The position numbers and the translations under genes were made by a program. Below the pieces are notes generated by a model that worked only from the letters and a program-made list of their open reading frames with translations, was not told the origin of the DNA and searched no databases. This document shows, piece by piece, positions 18,635 through 30,572 of a stretch of DNA of 64,000 bases. Positions within the stretch are counted from its first letter, which is position 1; each line of letters opens with the position of its first letter. This stretch comes from Gemmatales bacterium (GTDB lineage Bacteria; Planctomycetota; Planctomycetia; Gemmatales; HRBIN36), in NCBI GenBank assembly GCA_041640595.1, contig JBEPZY010000001.1, positions 608,001 through 672,000 of the forward strand, given 5' to 3'.

Positions 18635-19943
18635 GCCAATTCGTCGCCCATTAGTGGGTATAATTCGTCCTCCCGGGTCGAAGAGCATAACCAATCGGGC
18701 TCTGATTCTGGGAGCCTTCAGTAGCCATGCGCGCCCGGTTAAATTATCCGGAGTTTTATTCAGTGAAGACACCGACTTGATGATCAAAGCTCTGCAAGAG
18801 CTGGGCTTCCAGGTCGAGGTTCGTTCGGACTATGGTGAGGTAGATATTAGAGCTCCGTCATCGGCACCAGTGATCCCGGCATCGCAAGCCGATCTCTTTT
18901 GCGGCAATTCCGGTACGACAATGCGTTTCTTGACTGCTGCTGTTAGCATTGGATGTGGCGTCTATCGTTTGGACGGTGTGCCGCGCATGCGAGAACGACC
19001 CATAGAGGATTTACTTGGTGCCCTACGGCAACTGGGTGTAGATGCCCTAAGCGAGCTTGGAACGGGATGTCCACCTGTTCGCGTCAAGACTCAAGGGTGG
19101 CGTAGCAACGCTACGGTCTGCATTCGCGGCGATGTATCCAGTCAGTTTATTAGCGCTCTTTTATTGGCTGCCCCCTGGTCGCGGGCTCACGTTAGCCTTC
19201 AAATTGTTGGCCAGCCAGTTTCTAAGCCTTATATCCTCATGACGCTTAGAATGTTAGAGCAATTTGGTGCTCATATAGTGCTTGAGGAAATCAATGGCCT
19301 CAGTAACCACACGGGACATTCGCAGGCGATGATTATACCGGAGCAAAATCCCTGTGGCATCCCTGCGTACACTATTGAACCGGATGCTACTGCTGCTACC
19401 TATTGGTGGGCGGCCGCAGCAATTACCGGCGGTACGGTCACTGTTACGGGGATTGGCACCGACAGCCTGCAAGGAGATGTTGCTTTTGTTGATATTCTTC
19501 AACAGATGGGCTGCCGCGTCGAGAAAGGTTCTAGCCAAATCACTGTTCACGGCGGGGAATTACACGGCGTTGAGGTGGATATGAACGCCATCAGCGACAC
19601 AGTTATGACACTGGCGGCAGTTGCCTGCTTTGCAGATAGCCCGACGCGCATTAGCAATGTCGCGCACATCCGCTACAAGGAAACCGACCGTATCTCCGCG
19701 TTGGCCTGTGAGCTTCGCCGACTTGGTGTGGAAGTGCGTGAGTTTGAAGATGGCCTGGAAATCCGACCTCGACCGATGCGGGGAGCTGTTTTAGAAACAT
19801 ACAACGATCATCGCATGGCCATGAGTCTGGCCCTGATTGGCTTACGTGTTCCGGGCATTGTCATCCGCGAGCCTGCCTGTGTGGTCAAAACTTATCCGCA
19901 TTTCTTTCAAGACTTAGAGCGATTGTGTGCGCCGTGCCGTTGA
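18579..19943 (+). CDS. aroA: 3-phosphoshikimate 1-carboxyvinyltransferase
   Basis: PGSKSITNRAL, GNSGTTMRF, SSQFISALLL, KETDRI and DHRMAM. The start is uncertain and overlaps truA. Confidence 0.96.
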   Translation: MRSLTLPGIPNFPLLLQIEPIRRPLVGIIRPPGSKSITNRALILGAFSSHARPVKLSGVLFSEDTDLMIKALQELGFQVEVRSDYGEVDIRAPSSAPVIPASQADLFCGNSGTTMRFLTAAVSIGCGVYRLDGVPRMRERPIEDLLGALRQLGVDALSELGTGCPPVRVKTQGWRSNATVCIRGDVSSQFISALLLAAPWSRAHVSLQIVGQPVSKPYILMTLRMLEQFGAHIVLEEINGLSNHTGHSQAMIIPEQNPCGIPAYTIEPDATAATYWWAAAAITGGTVTVTGIGTDSLQGDVAFVDILQQMGCRVEKGSSQITVHGGELHGVEVDMNAISDTVMTLAAVACFADSPTRISNVAHIRYKETDRISALACELRRLGVEVREFEDGLEIRPRPMRGAVLETYNDHRMAMSLALIGLRVPGIVIREPACVVKTYPHFFQDLERLCAPCR

Positions 19944-20199
19944 TTTTGCTTGAGCACAGCTACGCGACACTAACATAGCGACAGAGGTCAGTAATTAAAA
20001 CGGCGAGTGGGAATATAAACCGAATCACGCTAGCTAATGTGCATCATGCCAGCCTTGGCGATAGCTGGAAGACCAAGTGGTTTGTGATAGTTCATAGTGC
20101 TGATTTACCAAGGCTGAGTGCGATTTCTCGATACTCTAAAAGGGTTACGTTTTACCTAGGTTCTTCCAAGCCGATAAATGGTCGGGCTCATGGTGGGAA

Positions 20200-21921
20200 T
20201 CATTTGTGCCGTTTTTTGAAGAGTTGAAGGACATGGGCGAGTGTTCTCGAGTTGAGCACATTCGATTTTTCGAGCCAACCGCGTCGCGCGACATCCAATG
20301 CGTAACGCACATATCGTAATTCCGTGGTACTGTGGGCATCAGGATTAAGCACGAGCATTACGCCAAGAGATTTCGCATGTTTGACGTGAACCCAGTCCAG
20401 TTCCATGCGATCGGGTTGACCATTAATCTCGATCATGACCTTATTTTCTGCCGCAATCTTGAGCACCTGATCTAAATCCAACGGATAGCCATCGCGTCGC
20501 AGAAGTAATCGGCCCGTAGCATGACCAAGCATAGTCACTTTTGGATGTTGCATCGCGCGAACAATTCGGCGTGTCATTTCCTCTTTCGACATGTTGAAAT
20601 GGCTGTGCACACTAATAACTACGTAATCAAACTGCTCTAACAATTCGTCTGGATAATCCAGTCGGCCGTCGGGTAGAACATCGCATTCGGTTCCTTTGAG
20701 AATCCGGAAATCTTTCCATTTTTTGTTGAGGCGATCAATCTCCGCAAATTGCTGGCGGACGCGATCGGGGTCTAAGCCACGCGCAACGCCCAGCGACTGT
20801 GAGTGATCGGCTATTCCTAGGTATTGCCAACCCATCTCACGGGCTGCTTCGGCCATTTCTTCAAGGCTATTGCGGCCATCACTCCAGTCGGTATGACAGT
20901 GGAAGGTTCCATGAAGGTCTTTCCATTCGACCAGCTTAGGGAGGCGATGTTCTGCCGCAGCCTCGATTTCTCCAGTGTTTTCTCTAAGCTCCGGCGGAAT
21001 ATAGTCGAGTTTCAAGGCGTGAAAGATGTCTGCTTCGTCTTTAGCGCGTATAGCGCCCTTTTCACCTTCGAGACCGTATTCATTGAGTTTCAGGCCGAAT
21101 TGTTGTGCTCGGGCTCGCATGGCAATGTTATGTTCCTTACTACCAGTAAAATAATGCAGGGCAAACGGAAATTGCTCGTCACTAACAACGCGGAGATCGC
21201 AGTTCAAACCGTTTTCTAATACCACACTTGATTTCGTTTCGCCGTGTGCGGTGACCTGAATAACTTCCGGCAGGCTGACAAACTTATCCATGACAATTTT
21301 CGGGTGATTGGAACTGACCAGAATATCTAAGTCGCCCACTGTCTCTTTGCGACGTCGCAGGCTGCCGCATGCCTGGATGCGGATTATTTCTTTGAGTTTA
21401 CGAAGCTCGCCGCAAATGCGATCTGCTAGGTACTCGGCTTCCGCTAATAAGACGCGTTTGCCTGTTTTATCGAGGAAAGCAAGTCCTTCGAGGATTTTTT
21501 GCTGCGTTTTTTCGCCAAACCCTCGGAGTTTAGCAACCCGGCCCTCCTGGCAAGCCTGGCGGAGCTTACTTAGTGAATCAATACCCAGGTTATCGTATAA
21601 GGCTTTAGCTTTCTTCGGCCCTAACCCAGGCACGCGAAGCAACTCCAGCAAACCGGCAGGGATTTCCCGACGCAGTTCCTCGTATTGTTCGAGACGTCCG
21701 GTTTTATAGAGCGTCTCAATTTTCTGAGCCAGGTCTTTGCCAATCCCGGGAATTTCCGTCAGTCGCTTTTGCTCGATCCACTCGCCTAAGTCACCTTCGA
21801 GCTGAGCGATAGCCCTGGCAGCGTTATGGTATGCCTGGCAGCGAAACGGATTTTCTCCCTTTAGTTCGAGAAAAGTACCTATCTCATCAAGGATAGCGGC
21901 AATACGCATTTTATCGAGCAT
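20200..21921 (-). CDS. polX: DNA polymerase X with PHP exonuclease domain
   Basis: GENPFR..AY, HhH motifs, GSLRR.KET.GDLD, YFTGSKEHN; PHP motifs HCHT.WSDG, DHS and DAH. Confidence 0.95.
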   Translation of the reverse strand: MLDKMRIAAILDEIGTFLELKGENPFRCQAYHNAARAIAQLEGDLGEWIEQKRLTEIPGIGKDLAQKIETLYKTGRLEQYEELRREIPAGLLELLRVPGLGPKKAKALYDNLGIDSLSKLRQACQEGRVAKLRGFGEKTQQKILEGLAFLDKTGKRVLLAEAEYLADRICGELRKLKEIIRIQACGSLRRRKETVGDLDILVSSNHPKIVMDKFVSLPEVIQVTAHGETKSSVVLENGLNCDLRVVSDEQFPFALHYFTGSKEHNIAMRARAQQFGLKLNEYGLEGEKGAIRAKDEADIFHALKLDYIPPELRENTGEIEAAAEHRLPKLVEWKDLHGTFHCHTDWSDGRNSLEEMAEAAREMGWQYLGIADHSQSLGVARGLDPDRVRQQFAEIDRLNKKWKDFRILKGTECDVLPDGRLDYPDELLEQFDYVVISVHSHFNMSKEEMTRRIVRAMQHPKVTMLGHATGRLLLRRDGYPLDLDQVLKIAAENKVMIEINGQPDRMELDWVHVKHAKSLGVMLVLNPDAHSTTELRYVRYALDVARRGWLEKSNVLNSRTLAHVLQLFKKRHK

Positions 21922-22479
21922 GGCCGTTTATCCTTTTCGAGTTAATGGCAATGGAGCGTCGCATAAGCAGCGGGAAAAATTATTCGTCGCCTGCGCAGCT
22001 GGCCCAGGTACAGCATGCCGCGTAATCATTTCAGTGTTACGATAGTCCCCAGTGCGGGCGAATCAAGTGGGTCAGGAGACTACTGCAATGCCGATGGTAC
22101 TATCGAAGAAATTGCGCAAGCCCGGGATATCGCAGGGATAAGATGAGCCGAGCGAAGCTCAGCGAGAAGTGGTTAATTCAATACCACGCGTGGGTTGGGC
22201 TGCCTGGCTAAGGATAAAGCCCGTCGTTAGCCGAGACTTCTGGTTTAGCGCTGCACGATATGAAGCTGCACCGTGTGAGTTGTTATTGGCGCAGGTACTC
22301 AATACTCGAGGGCGCGGTTTATTCGGGTTTGCGGGTCATATCTGTCGGGCACCGGAACCGGTTGGCGCCTGTAAACCAAGGAGCCAGAGCTTGCGGCTTC
22401 GGTCGCCTTTTTCTGTCTCCACTCAAATCTTGCCACAAACTCACCAAAGGTTGTAGTTTCGGTTAGTTCTTGCTCCGGG

Positions 22480-23076
22480 TTAGGTACGTGGAACAAGCCA
22501 ATCTTTAATCCACTCTGGTTGCAATCGGCGACCTGTGACGACATACAGCCAGGTCTGGTAGTGGTAGAGAGTCATTGTCAAGCCATTGCCTTTTCCGCTA
22601 CGCTTGAGCAAATATACGACTCCCTGACAGCGGAATGCAGTTTTGCAAAGTTGATTGCTTATATTACCGGCATTACTAATTACCACTGGCGTTCGGCGGT
22701 GCAAGTGAATACATTCGACGAGGCATGTGAAATCTTTGTCGCCAGTGACCACAGCAACTGTCTGCGGGGAGTAAGGAAGCGCCTTCATGGCATCATGCGT
22801 AATCGCATCATCCACGGTGATGGAGCTGGTGTCCACGTTGATGATTTGCAGCGGCTGTTCCAAAGGTGCTGCGAATCGGACCAGCAAATTTTTGTTCACA
22901 TACGTACGCACGTAGCGAACTGGTCCGTGCCGCTCGCTTAGGTGATGGGCCATGTGATACAAGTGCTCCGGGGTCAACCAAGAAACGTTCTCAAGGTCCA
23001 CATAGACCACTACTCCAGGAAGAACGGGCCGGGTTGGCTGTGAGGTGGTTGAATAGGTAAAGGTCGAGCCAGTCAT
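22480..23076 (-). CDS. Stand-alone NYN (PIN-like) domain protein
   Basis: VYVDLENV, VD..I and VVTGDKDF..LV acidic motifs. RBS AAGGAG. Confidence 0.75.
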   Translation of the reverse strand: MTGSTFTYSTTSQPTRPVLPGVVVYVDLENVSWLTPEHLYHMAHHLSERHGPVRYVRTYVNKNLLVRFAAPLEQPLQIINVDTSSITVDDAITHDAMKALPYSPQTVAVVTGDKDFTCLVECIHLHRRTPVVISNAGNISNQLCKTAFRCQGVVYLLKRSGKGNGLTMTLYHYQTWLYVVTGRRLQPEWIKDWLVPRT

Positions 23077-23292
23077 AGATACTCCTTTTTTGATAAGGCG
23101 ATCGGGCTCTTCCTGTATGGGTTAACGCCGTGTAGGGACAGTATGTGACAGCTTGCAAATGAGTTTTTGGCTAACTTCCAGCAAGGGACAAATCACCACA
23201 ACAGCGTTACTGCTATGCTTGGACGTAACTCCTTTTGGAAATTACAGTTGCGAAAACCACGCCAGGGCAGGTGCGCGAAAGAGGAACGGGAC

Positions 23293-23323
23293 AAAAAAAG
23301 GGGCAGCATCGAAAGCTGCCCCT
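23293..23323 (-). terminator. Intrinsic terminator after groEL
   Basis: Minus strand reads AGGGGCAGC-TTTCGAT-GCTGCCCCT followed by a T-run. Confidence 0.85.
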
Positions 23324-23368
23324 CGCTAATGCGGTTCGGTTGTCGAAAGGCTCTAAGGAGCCGCGAAA

Positions 23369-24994
<1,626 letters not shown>

Positions 24995-25206
24995 TTATCC
25001 TCTCCTCTCCAAGATTAGCTCCCCGAAGTTGGATGGTTTCCTGTTTCGGCTAGCGATATGCGAGCCGCTTCAGACGCAGCTCAATTTCCAGCGGTCAATT
25101 TCTCCCAAGAAAAGCACCGCCATTTATGGGCGATGTATCGGAAAACAACGCCGCACAGGCATAAGCTAAAGCAGCAGGATGGCCGCGAAATCCCAGAGCC
25201 GGTCGC

Positions 25207-25497
25207 TTATTCCTCAACGATAGCGAGCACATCCTCTTCGCGCATCAGCAGCACTTTTTCACCGTCCAGTTCAAATTCATCACCGGCATAAGCGCTGAAA
25301 AGGATCGTGTCGCCCTTTTTGACCTGCAACTCGACACGACGCCCATCTTTGAGCAGTCGGCCGTCTCCGACGGCGATAACCTTGCCAATTTGCGGTTTCT
25401 CTTTGGCGGTGTCCGGCAAGATTATGCCGCCCTTTGTCTTTTCGCCAGCTTCCTGTCGTTTGACTACGAGTTTGTCTCCCAGAGGCTTCAGGGTCAT
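25207..25497 (-). CDS. groS: Co-chaperonin GroES
   Basis: [22 protein letters not shown] and AVGDG. ATG at 25497. Confidence 0.97.
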   Translation of the reverse strand: MTLKPLGDKLVVKRQEAGEKTKGGIILPDTAKEKPQIGKVIAVGDGRLLKDGRRVELQVKKGDTILFSAYAGDEFELDGEKVLLMREEDVLAIVEE

Positions 25498-25571
25498 AGT
25501 CGCTCCCGCTCCTTTCTTACCAAAATGCTCCTTACACCGAAGCTCGCTACAGATAGAGTGCCGCGGAAAGT

Positions 25572-25588
25572 AGCAAAACAGATGCCCG
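25572..25588 (-). promoter_or_regulatory. Candidate sigma54 (-24/-12) promoter for groES-groEL
   Basis: Minus strand reads CGGGCATCTGTTTTGCT, with exact GG-N10-GC spacing and GGCA/TTGC boxes, about 75 bp upstream of the groES start. Confidence 0.5.
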
Positions 25589-25780
25589 ATCGGGAACAAT
25601 GGGTAAGTCTTTGCATGGTAATGACTTACGTTTTTCCTGGGTTGTCATTGGTTTGGCCTAAGGCTGCCAGGACGAAAAGGTGCTTACGCGACAACTGCCA
25701 GGCTGGCAGCCTGTTACCCCGAAGGCTTCCAACGCGAGTCGGCGGTCTGGCACGCGGTTGGACTTTTAGCTGACGGGACT

Positions 25781-27064
25781 TCACACCGAAGGTTCCCAAC
25801 CCTTGTGATACTCACGCGACCACAGCTGCTGCGCCTCGGTATCGCCAATAATGGCCCCATTTTTGGGGTCGCAACGTAAGGTACGCCCCAGGCGGTAGGC
25901 GATATTGCCCAGATGGCAGGGCAGGGTGCTTTTATGGCCTTCCTCGATTTCGCTGTTCAACCGCTGACCGTTCCGAACTGCCTCAAGGAAGTTCCGCACG
26001 TGAACGGCATCCGAGACAGTTCCTGTGGCCTGATCAACGACCTTACCATCCAGGCTGTAAATCGTATAGCTCGCCCTTCGGATCACAAGCGTCCCCTTTT
26101 CGCCCGTGAACAAAACGTCGGGTGGCTGGAGACCTGGAAGAGGATTGCAGCTGGTTCCGTGCCATACGATTTGCTTGTTGCCGGGATAAAGGAAGGCGGC
26201 GGTGTGCGTGTCCGGAGTTTCCTGGTCGTCATCGTAGTGGAACCGACCGCCAGAGGATGTTACCTGGATCGGGTAATCTACCTGCAATCCCCAGCGGCAC
26301 AGGTCAATCATGTGCACGCCGTTATTGCCAAGTTCTCCATTGCCCCAGTGCCAGAACCAGTGCCAGTTGTAATGCACGACGTTGCTGCGGAAGGGACGGC
26401 GAGGAGCCGGCCCTTGCCACAGCTCATAGTCGAGCCATTCGGGTGGCTGGGTTTGCTGACCCCGACCGATACTCGGCCGACGATTGGTGTACCAGGACTG
26501 GGCCTGATAAACCCGGCCAATTGCTCCCTGATGAAGCGCTGCGATCGCCTGCTGAATAACTGGCCAGCTGCGACGCTGATTGCCCATCTGGACGCATCGT
26601 TTATACTTCCTGGCGGCCGCGACCATCCATTCCCCTTCTTGCGGCGTATGACTGCACGGCTTTTCCACGTACACATGCTTGCCTGCTTTGCATCCCAGGA
26701 TAGTAGCAGCGGCGTGCCAGTGATTGCAGGTGGCAACTACCAACGCATCCACTTGCTTATCATCCAGAATCCGACGAAAGTCAATAACTCCCTGGGGTAC
26801 TCGGTCGCGGATTTTGCGCACTTCCTCAATACCTCTCTCAGTTCGCCGCCGGTCAACGTCACACACGTAAAGCACCTGGGCGTCTGGCTGCTGTTCAAAA
26901 GTCCGGGCCAGCGACAGACCGCGGCTGAGCCCCATGACAGCTACGGCCACTCTTTCGTTGGCTCCTAACACACGCGAGTGCGCCGCCTGAGCCATCCAAA
27001 ACCAACCGATGCCCGCCGCCGAGCTTTGCCACAAGAACTGCCTGCGACTCACAGATCTCGCCAT
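25781..27064 (-). CDS. Tat-exported Gfo/Idh/MocA-family oxidoreductase
   Basis: Tat motif SRRQFL; AGKHVYVEKP, QMGNQRRS, W.GPAP and NGVH.ID. Confidence 0.9.
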   Translation of the reverse strand: MARSVSRRQFLWQSSAAGIGWFWMAQAAHSRVLGANERVAVAVMGLSRGLSLARTFEQQPDAQVLYVCDVDRRRTERGIEEVRKIRDRVPQGVIDFRRILDDKQVDALVVATCNHWHAAATILGCKAGKHVYVEKPCSHTPQEGEWMVAAARKYKRCVQMGNQRRSWPVIQQAIAALHQGAIGRVYQAQSWYTNRRPSIGRGQQTQPPEWLDYELWQGPAPRRPFRSNVVHYNWHWFWHWGNGELGNNGVHMIDLCRWGLQVDYPIQVTSSGGRFHYDDDQETPDTHTAAFLYPGNKQIVWHGTSCNPLPGLQPPDVLFTGEKGTLVIRRASYTIYSLDGKVVDQATGTVSDAVHVRNFLEAVRNGQRLNSEIEEGHKSTLPCHLGNIAYRLGRTLRCDPKNGAIIGDTEAQQLWSREYHKGWEPSV

Positions 27065-27239
27065 GGTTTGACTCCTTGTTTAGCTTTCCACCCTACCTGT
27101 CGGAAATCCGCTAGTCCTCATTGTATGTAACTGAAGCCTGGAGGGACTGGGAGTTGAAACATGCGGAACCTGGCCGACCGCTTACGCGGTGAAGCTCTCC
27201 GACATGCTTCCACTATGAGAGGCAGAACGTTTCCTGGAG

Positions 27240-28145
27240 TTAGGATAGGCGGGTCAATTCTCGAGCCAGCCTGGCTGCGAGGCAGGCGTTTTGTATGAGT
27301 AGCGCCCGATTAACAGCCAAACTGCGACCCTGAGTTAGCTCCGCCAGACGACGGAGTATGAAGGGAGTTAGCTGCGGACCACCAAGGCGAGCAGATGCTG
27401 ATTCTTTCAGCGCTTGTCGCAGGGCGGTTTCATGTTCCTCCCAGGAGAGCGATTGCGGCGGGGGTACCGCCAGTACGACGCCTTTGCCGCCCAGTTGCCA
27501 ATGCTGTGTAATGATAGGAGCCAGCTCCGAAAGGTCGTGGCACGAATTCGGACTTTCGATACCGCTGTCGGCCAGCAAGAACGCTGGCCAGATTGAAGTT
27601 CCCCAGCTGAAGACCGGAACACCTAGGGTTTCCAGTGCCTCAAGCGTTGCGCGTGTGTCCATGAGACTCTTGGCACCGCTGCATACGACTGCAATGGCGT
27701 GCCGCGAGAGTGCGACCAAATCAGCCGAGACGTCGATAAAATCGGCCTGGCCGCGATGCACGCCCCCGATGCCTCCGGTAGCCAGGACACGAATTCCGAC
27801 CTGTTCCGCGATCATCAGCGACGCAGCTACTGTCAACCCCGCAGTTTCCCCGCAAACTAAACAGGCAGACAGGTCTCGAGCACTGCACTTGCGAACTGAT
27901 TCGCCACGAGCCAGGTTTTCGAGCAACTCCTCACTGAGACCGACGTGGATGCGACCGCGTATGACGGCCAGCATTGCCGGTACCGCGTCCGATTGGCGAA
28001 CAGCAGCGAGCATCGCCCGTGCAGTCTCCAGGTTCGCCGGTCGCGGCAAGCCGTGGGTCAGAAACGCCGACTCCAGTGCTACCACCGGTTTGCCCTGTTG
28101 CAGGGCTGCTTGAACGGCGTCGTCAATGTACCAGTATTGCCCCAT
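27240..28145 (-). CDS. psuG: Pseudouridine-5'-phosphate glycosidase
   Basis: PVVALES...HGLP.P.N, ATGGIGGVHRG, D.SADL, SGAKS..D, LET.GV and TPF.L. Probable start at 28145. Confidence 0.9.
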   Translation of the reverse strand: MGQYWYIDDAVQAALQQGKPVVALESAFLTHGLPRPANLETARAMLAAVRQSDAVPAMLAVIRGRIHVGLSEELLENLARGESVRKCSARDLSACLVCGETAGLTVAASLMIAEQVGIRVLATGGIGGVHRGQADFIDVSADLVALSRHAIAVVCSGAKSLMDTRATLEALETLGVPVFSWGTSIWPAFLLADSGIESPNSCHDLSELAPIITQHWQLGGKGVVLAVPPPQSLSWEEHETALRQALKESASARLGGPQLTPFILRRLAELTQGRSLAVNRALLIQNACLAARLARELTRLS

Positions 28146-28217
28146 GTGTGCCGATGCTCCGTTTTTCCGAAACGTACCGGGGGTAAGCTTCCCGCGGGGA
28201 AATCGTCCTAAGGCTGA

Positions 28218-28296
28218 ATATATGCCGGGGCTGCCCTCGGAAATTGTGCATCGCCAAGTGCAGTGGTAATCACCGCAGCCAGATATATGCCGGGGC
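28218..28296. repeat. Exact 14-bp direct repeat ATATATGCCGGGGC, two copies 65 bp apart
   Basis: Copies at 28218-28231 and 28283-28296, upstream of psuG. Confidence 0.8.
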
Positions 28297-28457
28297 GATC
28301 GCCCGCTACAGCCGCAGATTTTATACACTTCAATCGAACTGCCCGCCGATCGCCAGGCACGCCTTTTTCGGTTCACGTGGATGAAGCAACGCGACAAGGC
28401 ACTATGATCGCTGACAACGGACAGTCTGCAACCCATCCAGCAAGCGTTTTTAGCATG

Positions 28458-29168
28458 TCAGTGCAAGTGGGTGGTGCGTGGATGACTCGGTATTTCCAAA
28501 GCGCGTAACACACGTGGGCTGAAAGGTTCAACAGGAGCAAGCCAGTTCTGCTCCACAGCTACCAGGTAAGCAGCGGCAAGTAAGCAGGTCCAGCAAAAGA
28601 TATTTGCCACGGGCGATGAGCCGAAGAGCTTGAGGGGACCGCCCAACCGCGACGTCATACCGTTTCGCACTGAGCGCAAATCCCACACTGCGTCCAGCAG
28701 CAGATGCGAGAGATAGCCGAGGCTCATAGCCGCTGCGACCGTCCAGCGAGCCGGCAGTTCGGCGGAATCGTAAAGAAGGAAAACCAGTTCGCCAGCCAGT
28801 ATGGCCGCAGGTAGGCTGTGGAACATCCCGCGGTGAACAGTCAGCCAGGCGAAAAATTGTGCGGCGACATATCGCGTAAACAAGTATGCAGCGGCTGCCA
28901 GAAGCAGTGAAATTTCTGTGGAAACCGACACGTGCCGGTGGAAGCGGTGCAAGGTTACAATAGCGGCCACGGAGCCCAGCAAATGAAACAATTCTCGGAC
29001 GGGCTTGCTGGAGTCGGAATCCAAATCCGGCAGTATCCCACCGAAAGTACACACCGCCGCTGCCAATGCTGCTTCTGGAGCATTGACGTAACCGGCATGG
29101 GCTAATGTCGCGCCGTAAGCCACCCCTGTGCACGCCGAGACCAACAGGTGTTGATGAAATGCCGCCAC
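28458..29168 (-). CDS. Membrane-bound metal-dependent hydrolase (YdjM-like)
   Basis: F.QH, GGILPDLDS, HRGMFHS and GYLSHLLLD. GTG start at 29168 after AGGAGG. Confidence 0.85.
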   Translation of the reverse strand: MAAFHQHLLVSACTGVAYGATLAHAGYVNAPEAALAAAVCTFGGILPDLDSDSSKPVRELFHLLGSVAAIVTLHRFHRHVSVSTEISLLLAAAAYLFTRYVAAQFFAWLTVHRGMFHSLPAAILAGELVFLLYDSAELPARWTVAAAMSLGYLSHLLLDAVWDLRSVRNGMTSRLGGPLKLFGSSPVANIFCWTCLLAAAYLVAVEQNWLAPVEPFSPRVLRALEIPSHPRTTHLH

Positions 29169-29467
29169 GGTAATTCCTCCTGTAACGGGTAGCAGTTCAC
29201 CGACCACCAAGCCGACCGAAGCAGCTACGCCGACGGTCCTAGTTTGAGTTTAGGATTACCGGCATCGCAGTCATCACCTGCTTCCGCGGGCAGTTTCCCG
29301 GGCCTGCCTGGGAAAATGTGCGCTGGTCGGGTAAGAGCGACTGACGGGTTGTCTCTATAACCGCTCGGGGAATTTGACGCAACCCGAAGAGGTTACAGAA
29401 AGCGACGGGGAATTCCCTTCGACTAAGCCGGCTGAACGGAGCCTTCTACCACAAGGACTGAAAACTT

Positions 29468-29495
29468 CCAAGTAGGCAATCACGGGTGCCGATAA
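29468..29495 (+). promoter_or_regulatory. Candidate sigma28-type promoter upstream of dksA-lspA
   Basis: CCAA-N16-GCCGATAA; the -10 element is a perfect match. Confidence 0.4.
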
Positions 29496-29595
29496 ACTTT
29501 GCACAATGCCTTGACTTTATTCAGGTGGGAACGTAACTTCAATTGGACAGTTTTGAAGCGATTGCGAAACTCCGGAGCCGGAGGACGAGGCCACA

Positions 29596-30018
29596 ATGAA
29601 AAAAGACCACCCTAAAGAGCCCACCAGGAAAGCTGAGTCCAAGAAGGCAGTTGGTCTGAAACCCCAGGAAGTAGAGCACTTCCGAAAACTGCTCCTGGAT
29701 CTGCGTAACCGATATATGCAGAAAATGGGTGAGCTTGCGGAGGAAGCCTTGACCCCCGAGGCGGCGGGTATGTCGGCATCTCCGAGTCATCTGGGCGACG
29801 TCGGCTCGGATTACTACAGCCAGGAACTTTCGCTCGACCTTATAGAAAATGAACGCGCTGCGTTGTATGAAATTGAGGAAGCTTTGAGGCGGCTGGAGCA
29901 GGGCACCTACGGAGTTTGCGAAGAATGTGGCCAGCCGATTGCCCGTGAACGGCTAGAGCTTTTGCCTTATACTCGCTATTGCATCCAGTGTGCCAGGAAA
30001 ATAGAAGCGGGCCAGTGA
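29596..30018 (+). CDS. TraR/DksA C4 zinc-finger protein
   Basis: Coiled coil, then AL.R...GTYGVCEECG.PI..ERLE.LPY.RYCI.C. Confidence 0.92.
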   Translation: MKKDHPKEPTRKAESKKAVGLKPQEVEHFRKLLLDLRNRYMQKMGELAEEALTPEAAGMSASPSHLGDVGSDYYSQELSLDLIENERAALYEIEEALRRLEQGTYGVCEECGQPIARERLELLPYTRYCIQCARKIEAGQ

Positions 30019-30572
30019 TGGGTCGGCATAACTGGCAATGGTTGTTCTGGCTGGTCGCCCTGGGTGTGTTCATTCTGGACTGGTACACCAAGGAGTTAGT
30101 AGCGACCCAATTATCCGTAGGTGAGGAAGTCCGCCTGACAGCGGTGTGTCGCATTTATCATCTGCCCCAGGTCAATCGCGGTGCCTTTCTGGCACTGGGA
30201 GACCGTTGGGGTGAACGGGCGAACTGGTTTTTCATGGCGGTGACTGGGATAGTGGCGGGTCTGCTGCTTTTTCTCCACACACGCCCTGGTGTAAAAGCCA
30301 ATCCCTGGTTGTCGGCAGGCATGGGCTTGATTGTCGGCGGTGCAACCGGCAATTTCCTGGACCGCTTGCGTTTTGGTGGCGTGCGAGATTTTGTACAGTT
30401 ATTCCTGCCCGTCGGTAGCAGCGACTTTATTCCTGTAACAGCTATCTTCAACCTGGCCGACAGTGCTGTAATCGCCGGAGCCGGCTTACTTCTGGTGGCG
30501 AGCTGGTGGGGTCAAACCGAAACGCCCACAAGTTCACTCGCTGGTTCGGAACAATCACCTGCCCAGGTGTGA
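30018..30572 (+). CDS. lspA: Lipoprotein signal peptidase II
   Basis: D..TK, N.GAF, GGA.GN..DR, V.DF and FNLAD. The ATG overlaps the stop of the DksA-family gene (TGATG). Confidence 0.92.
   Translation: MGRHNWQWLFWLVALGVFILDWYTKELVATQLSVGEEVRLTAVCRIYHLPQVNRGAFLALGDRWGERANWFFMAVTGIVAGLLLFLHTRPGVKANPWLSAGMGLIVGGATGNFLDRLRFGGVRDFVQLFLPVGSSDFIPVTAIFNLADSAVIAGAGLLLVASWWGQTETPTSSLAGSEQSPAQV

Noticed and set aside
25913..26968. Long antisense ORFs (also 23789-24391, 34789-35625, 43395-44177, 46386-47318 and 47510-48259)
   Set aside because: They lie opposite well-conserved genes and carry no family motifs, as expected for shadows of biased codon usage.
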